Positions 50,070 through 61,525 of a DNA stretch of 64,000 bases are shown here, in pieces. The first letter of the stretch is position 1. Each line of letters opens with the position of its first letter. The position numbers and the translations under genes were made by a program. Under the pieces are notes generated by a model. That model was not told where the DNA came from. It saw only the letters and a list, made by a program, of their open reading frames with translations, and ran no database searches. Source of the DNA: Amoebophrya sp. A120 (lineage: Eukaryota; Protista; Dinoflagellata); NCBI GenBank assembly GCA_905178155.1, contig CAJINV010000003.1:6815612-6879611 (forward strand), read 5' to 3'.

Positions 50070-51653
50070 AATTCACTCTATGCGTTTCCAATATTGTCGT
50101 TCTAGTCGAAGCTGAAGTAAACAAGGAGTGGCGCGCTTTCGGTAGGCAATGTGACTGCTGAAGTTTATGAACACGGAAGTACCTTTCTGCACTATACTGA
50201 GGGGTCGCTGGGGATCAATGGGTACGTCGAAAATAAATTATTCGTAAAAAAAAAATATACGAAAGCAATTTCATAAACATCAAAACTTTATTTCGTCTTC
50301 GCCATCTGTTAAACTTTGGCTGTCGCCAGACTGTACACACACAAACAATACCTCTATCAAGTCGAAAGTGGAATGAAGATGATCTTGACACGCGCGTAGC
50401 TAAGCAAAAGTGAGCGAAAATTTAGAATGTCGTAAAAGTCTTGAGGCACAAAAGGGTGAAGCAACTGCACAAAAGAACATGCGTATGCGAGGTGGATCAA
50501 AAGCGAAAAAGTAAAGCGAGATCCTTTTTTACCATTTGACTTGAAAGATAGAAATGCTGCAAATATCACCGAAGAGTGTTGAGTGCTGCGCTTGCGAAGG
50601 ACTCAACCTCAACAACGTCCTCACATACTTTTGACTATTTCCGAACATCGTCTTCATACAGATGGATATTGCGCTTGAAACATAGATCTGATTTGCGAAG
50701 ATGGATGACAACCAACATCGCCGTGATTTATTTTTTTCGACATCAATTTTTCGTGACTTAGAAGTCTTAAAAAAAGCATTGCAAATGACATCACAGCCCC
50801 ACTGATTGTGATTCCTGTCTTGCTAATACTACTCCAGTCCTGAACGTATTTCGATTAAATGTAATTATATTGATATTCATTGACAGCACGAGGGTCAAAC
50901 TCACTCCTTTTTCGGGATTCTAAGCTCTTTCGTCTCGCGGAAACTTGAACGCTTTCTGGTCGATCCTGAGAAAACGAAAAACAGAAAAGATAGAGAAGGC
51001 ATGGAGGTGGGTATGAAAAAATAAAGAGTTCTCTTCCGTAATACTGTAACAAGCGTAATTAAATCGGTTAGGCCAAACAATCAACTTCGTCAACCATCAA
51101 AGGAGGTTTTCAAAACAAACCCAGGAAATCAATATAAAACAAACGCGATCGGTTTCGGTTCCACGGGCAATGGCATGCAACTTCAAACATGAAGCTCAAC
51201 TATAGCCATGAAAAGCAACCACGAGGAAATGCCTGACGAGGTCAAGATACGAGTCTCCCAAAGTAAGACACAGAGACAGCAAGAGCTGGCAAAAAATCCT
51301 GATTCTGACAAAGTGTCTAATTCTCACAACGCATACAATTTCAAACGATGCAGCACCAGCAGTTAGTACCTTTATAAAAAAAGTTTCTTCTTCTACCATA
51401 ATTCTGAACTGCCAAGTAGGTCTTCGTTTTCGTCTTGTGGGGATGGTAAAGCCATCCCCTTATTTTTAAGCAGACGACAACCTAAACACAGACGTAAGTT
51501 CTTTCTTGATCCACACGAAAAGAAACCACACTTTCGGAAATGCTGCGGAATAATGTAATCATATCGATTTAATTTCAGAGGTGTTAAGAACACCATATTT
51601 TTCCACTTCAGTCTTGTTGAAAAAGCAAAATTGAGTTCTCAGGCTGCTTTCTT

Positions 51654-53587
51654 TTAGCAGTCGATTTTGACCAGGACCCGTGGTCGCTGGAACATCTTGA
51701 TAGTATCTTCGACTTCATTCAGCTTGGTTTGAAAGTCTCTTTCGCGCTGTTTGTGCATTTCCGAGTTGATCTTCAGGGGCAACTTCTGCAGGGCCGTTTC
51801 CAGTTCCTCCTTTTTCAAACGCAGTGCGGCAAGCGTCTCTGTCCGCTCCTCCTCTGAAAGGACCTGAGCCAGCAGGGAAAGATGTCGCATGTTGACTTGA
51901 TGTTCTATCGTCTTCAACAATTACAGGCACTACGCCGAGCAGACACACAACACAATCTTCCAAAAAATCAAAATGTTCAAGAACGAAAATTCTGTATTTG
52001 CGTTACCTTGAATCCTTCGGGCGGCGCGTCAGCCAAGGCTGCGACCGCGGCAAGCTGGTCCCGCTTCTTCTGGGCCAAGCCATTCTTGATTCTCGTCAAG
52101 TACTCCGGGATATTTGTCACAGCGTCCTTCTTGATCTGCTTTCGCCCGTACAATTGCTTCAGCTTCTCTGCTTCGCGCACGAACGCGTTGGCATCCATAG
52201 TTTCTGGCCCTTCCACGGCATTTTGCAAATTCTCGCGGATGAAATTACCTGATTGAGAGATGGTGTACAGGATTTTGGTTCACTGTGTAGCTCAATTGGG
52301 GTTTCTTCCTGGAGGCAACTTCTTCCTACCGCGTAAGTGTATGTAGTTCCAGTCGAACTTCTCGATCGGAAGCAACTTCTTCCTGGCAAAATTTAACGCA
52401 ATGCAGAAAACTGCTCCAGCACGACATGATCTTCATCGTAGTAGAAGAGTTTGCGGTACGGATACCCGAGGAAAAATTAAGCCAGACAAAATTTGAACAC
52501 TCATAGAAGACTACCGCTTCATTATCATTCTTTTTGATACCGGCGGCGACCCAGCACGATACATATGGCATATGTATCGTGCTGGGTGGCACTCCATTCG
52601 CATATTATGCGAATGGAGTGCCACGCGGCTGCAATAGAGAAAAAGAAAAGAGAAAGCATAAGCAAGTAGAAGGAGTACGCTGTGGAGCCACGCTTGCCAT
52701 TTCGTCGGCCACTCTTCCTCTGATTTCACTTCTGCTCGGTACCCGCGGTCTTGCTTCTGGCACGTCAGAGTACAGCCTGTTTTTTTCGTTACTCTCTGTT
52801 CTGTTTGCATTTCAACACGGCGAAGATATCATATATCATCCAGAGGACCTCCCACATGTGGACAAGTTAATACGTAGGTCCAAATTCGCAATTTCGATGT
52901 AACTAAGTAAATGTAAAGTAAGAGTTGCCCTCACCCTCTTCGTATAGTAATTTCTTTCTCCGTGATACTGATACAAGAGCCGCATCATGTTATCAATCAA
53001 CTTTCTTTTTGAATTTCCGCGGAGGCGGAAGTAGAAGTAGCTCAAATACTTGTCATTTTCAGTGACCACCGGCTGAGCCAGTTCACCGCGTTCTGCCAAG
53101 TGCGCGACTGTCTTTCCCGTCTGCTTTTTCAGAAAACCGTCCTGTCTCACGGCCTGGTGTAAGTACGTTGCGCAGTTCCCATTTCTTTTATTTCGTTACT
53201 TTGGCACCCTTAGAGTTACATCAACTCGGCTCTTCAACAAATAAAGAAAGATATGCAGGTTTGACATCAAGATTAAGTAGTATAGAAACAGTGCACCTCT
53301 TGGCGATTCGGGACAAATTTTCCCTGTGAAGCATTTTCTTTGTTTTCGTACAGCTTAGCTCGGATGCCAGTGAACTGTGCCATCTTCCAGTCCTTGTCTT
53401 CCTCCATTTCTTTTCGCATGCGGTTGGCTTGAATTTGTCGTTGCTTCTGACGCATCGCCAAAACATTGGCTTTGGCATGATCTCGCAACGGTTTTGGCGG
53501 CTCATGCGAAAGCAGAGCGGCAACCGAACTTCCTTGCCGGTGCGATCTCGCGATCCGCGAGCCATCGGAGACCATGTTGTTCTTCAA
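51654..53587 (-). CDS. ENKD1: Enkurin domain-containing protein (flagellar/centriolar), multi-exon
   Basis: RDHAKANVLAMRQKQ, WKMAQFTGIRAKL and IPEYLTRIK...PPEGFK|VLSEEERTETLAALR...LQKLPL...KLNEVEDTIKMFQRPRVLVK. Confidence 0.8.
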
Positions 53588-54759
53588 AAACTATATATTT
53601 GTTGGACGACTAGGATATTCTTCGCAAATGGTTGAAACTCTTCGGTGCTACTCAACAAAATGCGGGATCTTCTTCGCGCATTTCTGTAAATCGAAGTGGA
53701 CCATGATGCGAACAAGAAAACCCGCTGCCTTTTCCATTTGAGGTTTACGTTTAGACAAGCTGCGTCTACAATTGCGGGTCGAAACAACTCATTCTCATCA
53801 AGCAGGGACGAAGATAGACATAGAAGTTATTTCAGTGCACTTTCTACTAATTTGTAGCTCAGGGTTTAGTTCTTTTTCACCTCCAGACACGAAGCGGAAC
53901 GAGAAACAAGCCGCATCAACTGAGTGCTTGCGCTCAGAGTTGGGGCAAGCGTTTGCTATCTTTGGTTTCTTATTCTTGCTCTGTTTTCGACCTGCCTTTG
54001 GTGGTGTTTCGGACTCGGTCTCTCAAAAGAAGACACATAGCAAAAAGCTCTCGACCTCCTATCGAAGAGAGCGCACGATGGAACAGCAACGTCATTTCAT
54101 CAGTCCGAGTGTGATGATGTGCTACGTGGTTGAAAATCAATATCGTGTAACCGGCACGGGCACGGCGACGAGAAGAACACTGAATAAAGACAAAGCTTCC
54201 TGTTTGTTTCAGAGCATGGGGCAGGCAAAAAAAAAATCGAAAACTTCGCAAGAATAATACATCTTTGTCATATTGTGCAGATGCGGAGCACCAGCTAGCC
54301 CTAGCCTGTGCGCATTTTCTGCATTGCAAACAGGATGGCGAGGGCAGTGAGTGTTTCGAACAGCAGCTCTGCTACTTTGAGCTTGTTTATTTTCAGATGT
54401 AACATTAGAATTACAATTAGATGAATTGTTTCTACTTACTTTCTTCTTTACCTATTATCACTGTCCATCTTTCATTGGTAAACAACATCAGGAAACAATA
54501 GAAAAATCGATCGATAGAAGTTGCGGTGTGCAGGCTACCATCTTCCTACCCTAGTAGCTGCCAGGATCATGTAAAAGTAAAACTCTATGCATTTTTGCTC
54601 CTACAGTACAACAAGACAACGCCGGGGGGGGATCATTTTTCAACTACACTGAAACGGACGACGGCTTCATTCTCATCGCCCAGTGGCCCCGAGAACAAGT
54701 ACCTGCATATGCTTATGCACGGAAGGAAGTTACGTCCCCAAGTTGATGTCAAAACTCAT

Positions 54760-57700
54760 TTATAGCTTTGACTTATTTGCGGACGGCTGTCGCGACTCCA
54801 GAACCTGCCAGGGTGGCGTGTAGTTGAAGTCAAGTTGGTTGTTTAGCGTTTGCCCGTGAAATGTCAGCGCATTCGTGAGTGCCATCTCTGGGCGAATGTC
54901 CGCAATAGAGGCGCAACCTATAAGACGCATCACCATCGTATCAAATGTAAAAGTGTCTGGGTCTGGAAGATTGCGCGATTTGTCATGCATGTCTCGTATG
55001 ATCCATAACGCCTCTAATGCAGGACCTAGCATGACAGATTCTGCGAGATCCGTATCATGCCTTTCCTGCATGAGAGACTTCCTCTCAACTTGGTCCAAAG
55101 TGGACAGGTTTTGGCATTCATGCAACACAGATTTTTGCACGATACAGAATTAGCATTACAAGTTGCAATCTTCCAGACCCAGACATTTTTGCAATGCATA
55201 CATCGTCAACTCGTCGATCAGAAGCTGAATGACGCGTTTCACTATTACAATGAAAAATGCCCCCTCCCCATATCAAAACGGAATTTCTGATGCTGGATTT
55301 GTGAGGCGTGAGGCGTAACATGATCGCACTCGGAAGAGGTGGAACAGTCAGCAGCCCGAACTCATCGGTTTTGCCAGGTCCACAACCCCCTGGGGGTGAA
55401 ATACGGGGGTGGCTCCGCATGGCGGCGATCTAGGATCGCTACCTGGAAGAAGGAGTGGGAGCCTCTTTTCAGATGTACTCCGCAAACCTAAGCCAACCAC
55501 TGCCCCCGCAGTCACAAACTCACACCCGACATCGAGAACCGATGCGAGGGAGACCCCGGCAACCCTTCCCTGCGACCGAATACCGAGAGGGATAAGTGGG
55601 ATGCTGGATTTGTGTACACAAATCAGCTCTGTATTGCAGGAAGGCATTGCGGCCAGATGCCCAGCCTAGGTAGAGGCGTCTGGGTCTAGTTGTTCAGCAT
55701 TGCAAACGGCTGCCCTTTAGGCCTACCAGCATGACAAATCGCTTCCATATTGTGGCGGAAGCTTCTGCATTTGGCTTCTTGCAAGACAAATGTGATTTGT
55801 GACCACAAATCAGCAGCACAAATTTTCGGAAACATAGTTTTTCGATATGGGGAGGGGGGATTTTTCCTCACAATATTCACGCCCTCTTCGCCGTAGGCAG
55901 CAAGCCCGTAGATGAAGGGTCGCCCAAGTCCAACCATTTTCGCCCTTGCAATCACACAAAAATTGAAGTACCTTCACGCGGTGCTGACATTCAAGCTGAA
56001 CACTGTCCGCGAGATACTTCTACCACTTTGTTTATCTACCAGACGACAATGAAGAAGATTAAGATGAATCAACGAGTTGAAATAAATACCGCTACCAGGA
56101 GCACACGACGAGTGAACGACGTAGCATTTAATATTTGTAGTGGTACTACTCGAGATCCATCCGAATTTTTCAGCATGCACACAAAGAACTGACCTAGCAG
56201 GCATCTTCGTTGCGCTCATTATAGAAACATTTTGCCCTCGTCACGCCAGTCCTACGTAGCAGGATTAGAAACTCTAATGCGAGTGCACTGTGCATCAGCA
56301 TCTTCATCTACATGATCAACAGGCTGACGAGAGACATCACTACAGAAGTACTTACTTCCTCTCTCGCATGATAGCTAGGGCCAAGGCTTTGAAGACGTCA
56401 CCGCCCCGGCGAACTCCACCGTCCACGAGCACGTCAAACTGTCGGGCGGACGCAGAAGTTTTCTCCTGGTCGTGTCGTCCTCGTCCGGCTTCTGCACAAG
56501 CCTCGCGAGGCGAAACCCAGCCACACTCAGCCCGCAGGCTGGTCACGACTTCTTCCAGGCATTCCAAGCCACTACGGCAGTAGTCGAGTTGTCGCCCGCC
56601 ATGGTTGCTCACGATGATTCCAGCGACGCCCGACCGGTACGCAAGCACAGCGTCCTCCCCGGTTTGAATTCCCTTCAGAACAATCGGGAGCCGCGTTTTT
56701 CCTTGTAACCAACGAAGGCCCTCCCAGTCGAAGCTTGGATCTAACCACGCAGATAAAGCCCGCCCAGTACCTGAAATTGTCATTTAACTCAAACAGTGTT
56801 GCTTAGGATCAGAACTCGTGAGCGGCTCTGTGCTGAACATTTAAACGATAAAATCTTTTTCGGCATTGCTGCGCCCCCGGCACCACTGCCGGCGCCATTG
56901 GCCATCATCCTGACGGCGTCATTCATCTTACGGACCGCGTCCTGCTCCTTTTTCTCCTTCTGCTCCGCTACTAGTAGCTGCAGAATCGCGAGAATTCGGC
57001 CCGTGGCCTTGACATCCTTAAGCTCGGCCCGGGTACTATTCACCCGAGCGACCTCCGACAAGGAAGCCATCGACGTCTCAGTGAGGACATCCTTGATGAC
57101 CGACCCGTCGGCCTCCTGGGTTGTGATTTCCGTGCCGTGGATTTCGAAAACCGCCGACGCGAAGGCCTTGCGCAGGAAAATGTCGACGATGACGTCGGGA
57201 TTCTGCGAGCCGTCAGCCAGCTTCTCCGCGACGAACTTATTCCACAGAACTTTGCAGTTGGCACGGGCGGGATTATTAGGGAAGTACAGAACCGGGAAGC
57301 GTTCCCCCTGTTCTGCTTCGAAACGGACTTGGTCCAGAGTGGTCATTTTCAGTGGTGGTTTTCGACGTAGAAGCCGTAGTTGTAGGTGAGTTTATGCAGT
57401 TTGCTGCACGCAAACGCTGATTTTGTCACGAGTGACGAGATTGAAGTTACCCCTGCCCGAGTTTAGGTATTATTACAGTATGGTCGTGAAAGTTGAGGAA
57501 TCACGTTCGTATGGCTAGATGCTGACAATCGCGTCTCCATCTAGCGCGAAGCCATTACTCGGCTTCCTTATCGAATAACATCGAAGTTCTGCGCAATTTC
57601 CGGTGGGCCTCATCCACCCAAAATCTCTGCGCGTTTTTGGCTCCTTTCTTTGTTAACGTTGCTGCGCCGTGCACAGCACAGGCCGCATATCTCGCGCGAC

Positions 57701-60528
57701 CTCTTTCTCGACAGGGGCTTTTAGGGGCGATAATGCCCCTAATTTTTAAATTTTAATTTGCCTGCCGCACGCTACAATTCAAAAAACATGCCGCTTTTTG
57801 AAATTTTGCGAGAGTTCCCCCCCTCGTAGCAAGAGCATTTGGTGCAAAATTAGGCCGCCGCGGGCCTCAACATTGCTCCGACGGCCGCGATTGGCAGCCT
57901 CGTAGCGCCAGCTGCTCGCTGCATATCCAACGCGCAGACATCGCTCGATATCAATGGGGCGCGCGAGTTGGCTGTGTTCGCCTAAAAATGGCTTTAGCGC
58001 ACGCACGCATTATTTGCATCGCTTCTGCACTTTTTAGACAGCGCAACACGCCTCGGCGTGGGCGCTACTCATCGAAAGCCGAAACGGCTAGGACAGGACA
58101 CCTGCTGGCGCACTTTGGGTGCCCTGTCGTATGAAACCGCCCGACCTTGTGTTGGGCCAGTTCTACTGCACTGGCCCGTAGGCGCGCAGTCGTCTGTGCA
58201 GACATGGAATTGGCTGGGGCTCGCCCCCTTCTTTCGTAGGTCTCCACTGAGGAGGAGATGCTGCGGGCGCTTCGGCCGCGTTTTCGCAAGGCAGCTTCGA
58301 CGCTATTCGTTTCCACGATTGCGACGCAGTTGCACTTATCGGCATCAAACAAGCGTCGCTATTTCCAGCGACCACTTGAGATGTCGGATCTGCTAATTTA
58401 TTCCGCGAGGACCTGCAGATCTTGATCCTCTTTTTGGCATTTGTCGTTTGCGTGCGCTCTATTTGTGCGATTTTTGACCTCTTGATTTAGCCTTTTTTGA
58501 TCAACTGCCTGATCTTTTTTCTGTAGGCATTTCAGTGGTCAAATCAATCGCGAAATTTTGCTTGAGCGCAAATTTTTTGGACTGGCATGGCTCTATCTAG
58601 CCGGGAGAGTCCATCTAGCACGTGTGAGCATGATTCCTCATGTCCACGTGCCATAGGCGATCGATCGAACGACTAAAATTAACCTAAATTTAACGAGTGA
58701 AATACAAATGCTTTTATTAAGTATCTATGTTTATCATTATCTCTTACTCAATGAAAAAAGGCGGCTCTCAGCTGCAAAGGATGCAGATTTTCACGACTGG
58801 GCAACGAATCAGTTCAGCAGTTTCGTCAAGCTCAAGGTCGCTTAGCACAATCAAAATGCTGTCCAAAAACGGCTCTTGTCCTAATAAAAACAGCAAGCAA
58901 GAAGGCGCCGATGCCGAGGAACAAGTAAGTACCTGCCTATGAATCCATGTGCCGCGTTCTCTATTGTTATAAAAGCAAAGTGCGTGATACTTCTTCATCT
59001 TGTACCAGTAAGCGATGTTAATAATAATATACCTTGTTCTGTATTTCCCTTGGTCGTTTGGCCTTCCTCCTCCTGCAGATTAGCAAAAAGTGGAGCCTTA
59101 TGACGCATGTCGCGTTCCCGTCGCCCCAGCTGCGGTGCGTCTACAGTTATAATGAGAGCTTGGAACCCGAGTTTCTCGGCCTTGAGGACTACCTTTTCCG
59201 TCACTCGCCGGTCTGGATTTACATACAACTGCCACCACTGGGTCATGCTAGCGGCCCTCGCGTCTGCCATCTCTTGCATCGAGCAAGAAGCCAATGTGGG
59301 GCACATCTGCGTCATCTGGTGAGAGATCGTCATCGTTCAATGTATTATATCGTTCCTTCTTCTGGAAAAATCAATGAATACAGTGATGCATGTGAAGGTA
59401 AATGTTGCAAATGCAACCAAGCGACGCTGACGCATGCTGATGCAAAGACTTACGAGTACGGTAGTGGCAATGGTGAGATCGCTGCTTCGACTTCTTTTCG
59501 AAGGCGCCAAACCCGAAAGCGGGGCGTTTGTCCTAGCGTAAAGGTATTGACGCAGCAGGTGAGTGCTGCGTAAGCGGAAAAACTAACTGACTCTAACACA
59601 GAACTAGCAAAGGAAGCGACGTCTCTGTCCTACGGACGACTTTTAAGTAAATCTATACCCCCATCTTTCCTGCGGCCCGGGTTATCGCCACTTCCCCGTC
59701 GGGGTGGTAAAGCTTTCCAAGAGCAGTGGCAGACACGTAAAATGGAAGGTGGTGTGTGCTTTTCGCGTCAAAACAGGTTCCAGGGACACGAAGGGAGATG
59801 TCTCGTACGTTGCGCAGGATCCGCGGCCGAAGAAACACTCGCTGAAACGCCTTGGAATTCTCCCGATACGAGACTTCGTCGTCGCCTGCAGAGACGAGGT
59901 AGGCCCACGCCTCGGCACTTACGTTGCTCGCCGCTACCATTTCCATGTCATAGATGTTCAAAATTTGGGAAAGCCGCGGCTTACTCTTCTGTTTTCGCGA
60001 GCGGGACGAGACCACTGCAGGCTGCGAGACTTCAGTCGTTCGTGGCGCCGGCTGTCGTGGTAGTGGTTTTCCTGGGGCCGTGGCTGCTGGGATATCTGCT
60101 TCGTCATGGTCAACATCTCGCGAAGTCATGATGTCTTGCTGGCCTGCCGAGGAGGAGTTTGACCGCAAAGCTTCGCTGGCAGCGACTCCCGGACGCCCTG
60201 TGTCGGATGCTGGTCCTCGTGCTACAACTTCATCTCCGGGCTTCGAGCAAAACTTACCGACAAGCCGCACGTCTGCAGGGAGCTGATCCTCATCGAGCAT
60301 GTCGCGATTATGCACGGCCGCAAATCCGACGGTGCCGTCCGCGCCGGCAAAACGCAGCAGGACCGCCTTGCCACCTGGGTGCGTGTTCACAAAATGCGTA
60401 AAATCGTACACCCAACCGTACAGAACCAACCAGCAATCGGTCTCAGTCTGGTGCGCCAGCAACTCTGCTCCGCTTACTTCTTTATGAACGACGACGAGCC
60501 CCCCACTGCTAGTTGTACAAGCAGCCAT
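54760..60528 (-). CDS. CYB2: Flavocytochrome b2 / L-lactate:cytochrome c oxidoreductase (cytochrome b5 domain plus FMN-dependent alpha-hydroxyacid dehydrogenase), 6 exons
   Basis: DCWLVLYGWVYDFTHFVNTHPGG (b5), AWAYLVSAGDDE, FYVSATALGKLYHPDGE, WQLYVNPDR, ITVDAPQLGRRERDMR, IVLKGIQTGEDA, VSNHGGRQLD, VDGGVRRGGDVFKALAL and GRPFIYGLAAYGEEGV|KRVIQLLIDELTM|VMRLIGC. Canonical introns 59316-59658 and 56771-59032. Confidence 0.95.
54939..55200. mobile_element. Introner, family B (262 bp), in CYB2
   Basis: TATCAAATGTAAAAGTGTCTGGGTCTGGAAGATTGC / GCAATCTTCCAGACCCAGACATTTTTGCAATGCATA; CATCG at 54934-54938 and 55201-55205. Homologous to 12265-12529. Confidence 0.93.
55243..55875. mobile_element. Introner (633 bp including a nested insert) in CYB2
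   Basis: TATT...AAAAATGCCCCCTCCCCATATC / GATATGGGGAGGGGGGATTTTT...AATA; TTCAC at 55238-55242 and 55876-55880. Excision restores YGEEGVKRVIQLL. Confidence 0.9.
55304..55599 (-). mobile_element. 296-bp GC-rich insert with a 15-bp target-site duplication (SINE-like or truncated non-LTR element)
   Basis: GATGCTGGATTTGTG at 55289-55303 and 55600-55614; short tandem repeat (GTGAGGC)2 at the left junction. Strand inferred from that putative tail. Confidence 0.7.
56789..57346 (-). CDS. Orphan 185-aa ORF nested in the 2.26-kb CYB2 intron, probably mobile-element derived and 3' truncated
   Basis: ATG-initiated, strong GC3 bias, helical-looking protein. Composition turns intron-like after AAMPKK. It is not needed for the CYB2 frame (EQG|TGRALSAW). 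Confidence 0.55.
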   Translation of the reverse strand: MTTLDQVRFEAEQGERFPVLYFPNNPARANCKVLWNKFVAEKLADGSQNPDVIVDIFLRKAFASAVFEIHGTEITTQEADGSVIKDVLTETSMASLSEVARVNSTRAELKDVKATGRILAILQLLVAEQKEKKEQDAVRKMNDAVRMMANGAGSGAGGAAMPKKILSFKCSAQSRSRVLILSNTV

Positions 60529-61525
60529 GATGTTGGTGTCACTGATCGATTTCGCCGATTGTCTTCTCTTCCAGGAATGTCGCGGTGGGGGTTGCTGTGG
60601 ATCACGTGGTCAATCGTTCTGCATACAACTGAATCGTCTCAACGGGGGAAGGCTAGTCTTCCGAAATCAAACCTTCCATAAATATTCTTCAAAAAAAAGC
60701 AATACAGGTCGCACAGACACAGCAGGTGCAGGTAAAGCATTATCATACTTATATTATATCATACAATGAAACTTCTACCGAAACAACTTCTATGGGGTGC
60801 AGTTCACTATGTGGCTCTGAAGCAAATATCGATCGTCTCAAAAGGATTCATGCGCAGTGCACCGCATTGTGGCTCCAAATGTGAGAGTCATCAAATGGCT
60901 GCTCGCTCGTTTTGATTTTCAGTTGCAATTCACGAATACAACTCAACTCACAGCCAACATGGCAAAAGGATAACGAAGGATGTGTGTCTTTTTGTGTGCA
61001 AATAATGATCGAACACACTACATGGTTGCATTGGGTGCTCGAGCAATCGCCATCCGATTAATGGCACCACAACAGTTTCACAGAAGCGGACAGAGTTAAC
61101 TCCAAGAGACTACTAGCGCGCATGCAGAAACAGAGACGAGGGAGCAGGCATAAGCAACCCTTATTGATTCATTTCTGTCAGAATGACAATCAGACTCCGG
61201 CAGCCCCCACAGCTCAAAATAACAGCAGAACTCGAAATTATGAGAAAGCACACTTCGCTTTCGTACGGGATGAAATGCTTTTCGTAATTTTTTTCCGTGA
61301 TGGTTCAAAGAAGGAAAAGAAAATCATAGCGATTTAGAGTGGTATAATAGGCAACCACAGGCGGGCGCTCTTCCATTCTTCTTGCTCTACGTCCTTTGAT
61401 CTTATACTATGAATCATGAAAACAGAGCACCAGAAGCATCTCAGAGCAAAGGAATGGATGCGCACCTTTGACGTACCGTAGCGACGAACATGACGCCCGT
61501 TTCTTCAGCCTTCTCCTTGAAGCTC

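Noticed and set aside
55945-56376. CYB2 intron as another introner
   Set aside because: It appears non-canonical, but no TA...TA ends with a 5-bp duplication or clear inverted repeat were found; boundaries unresolved.
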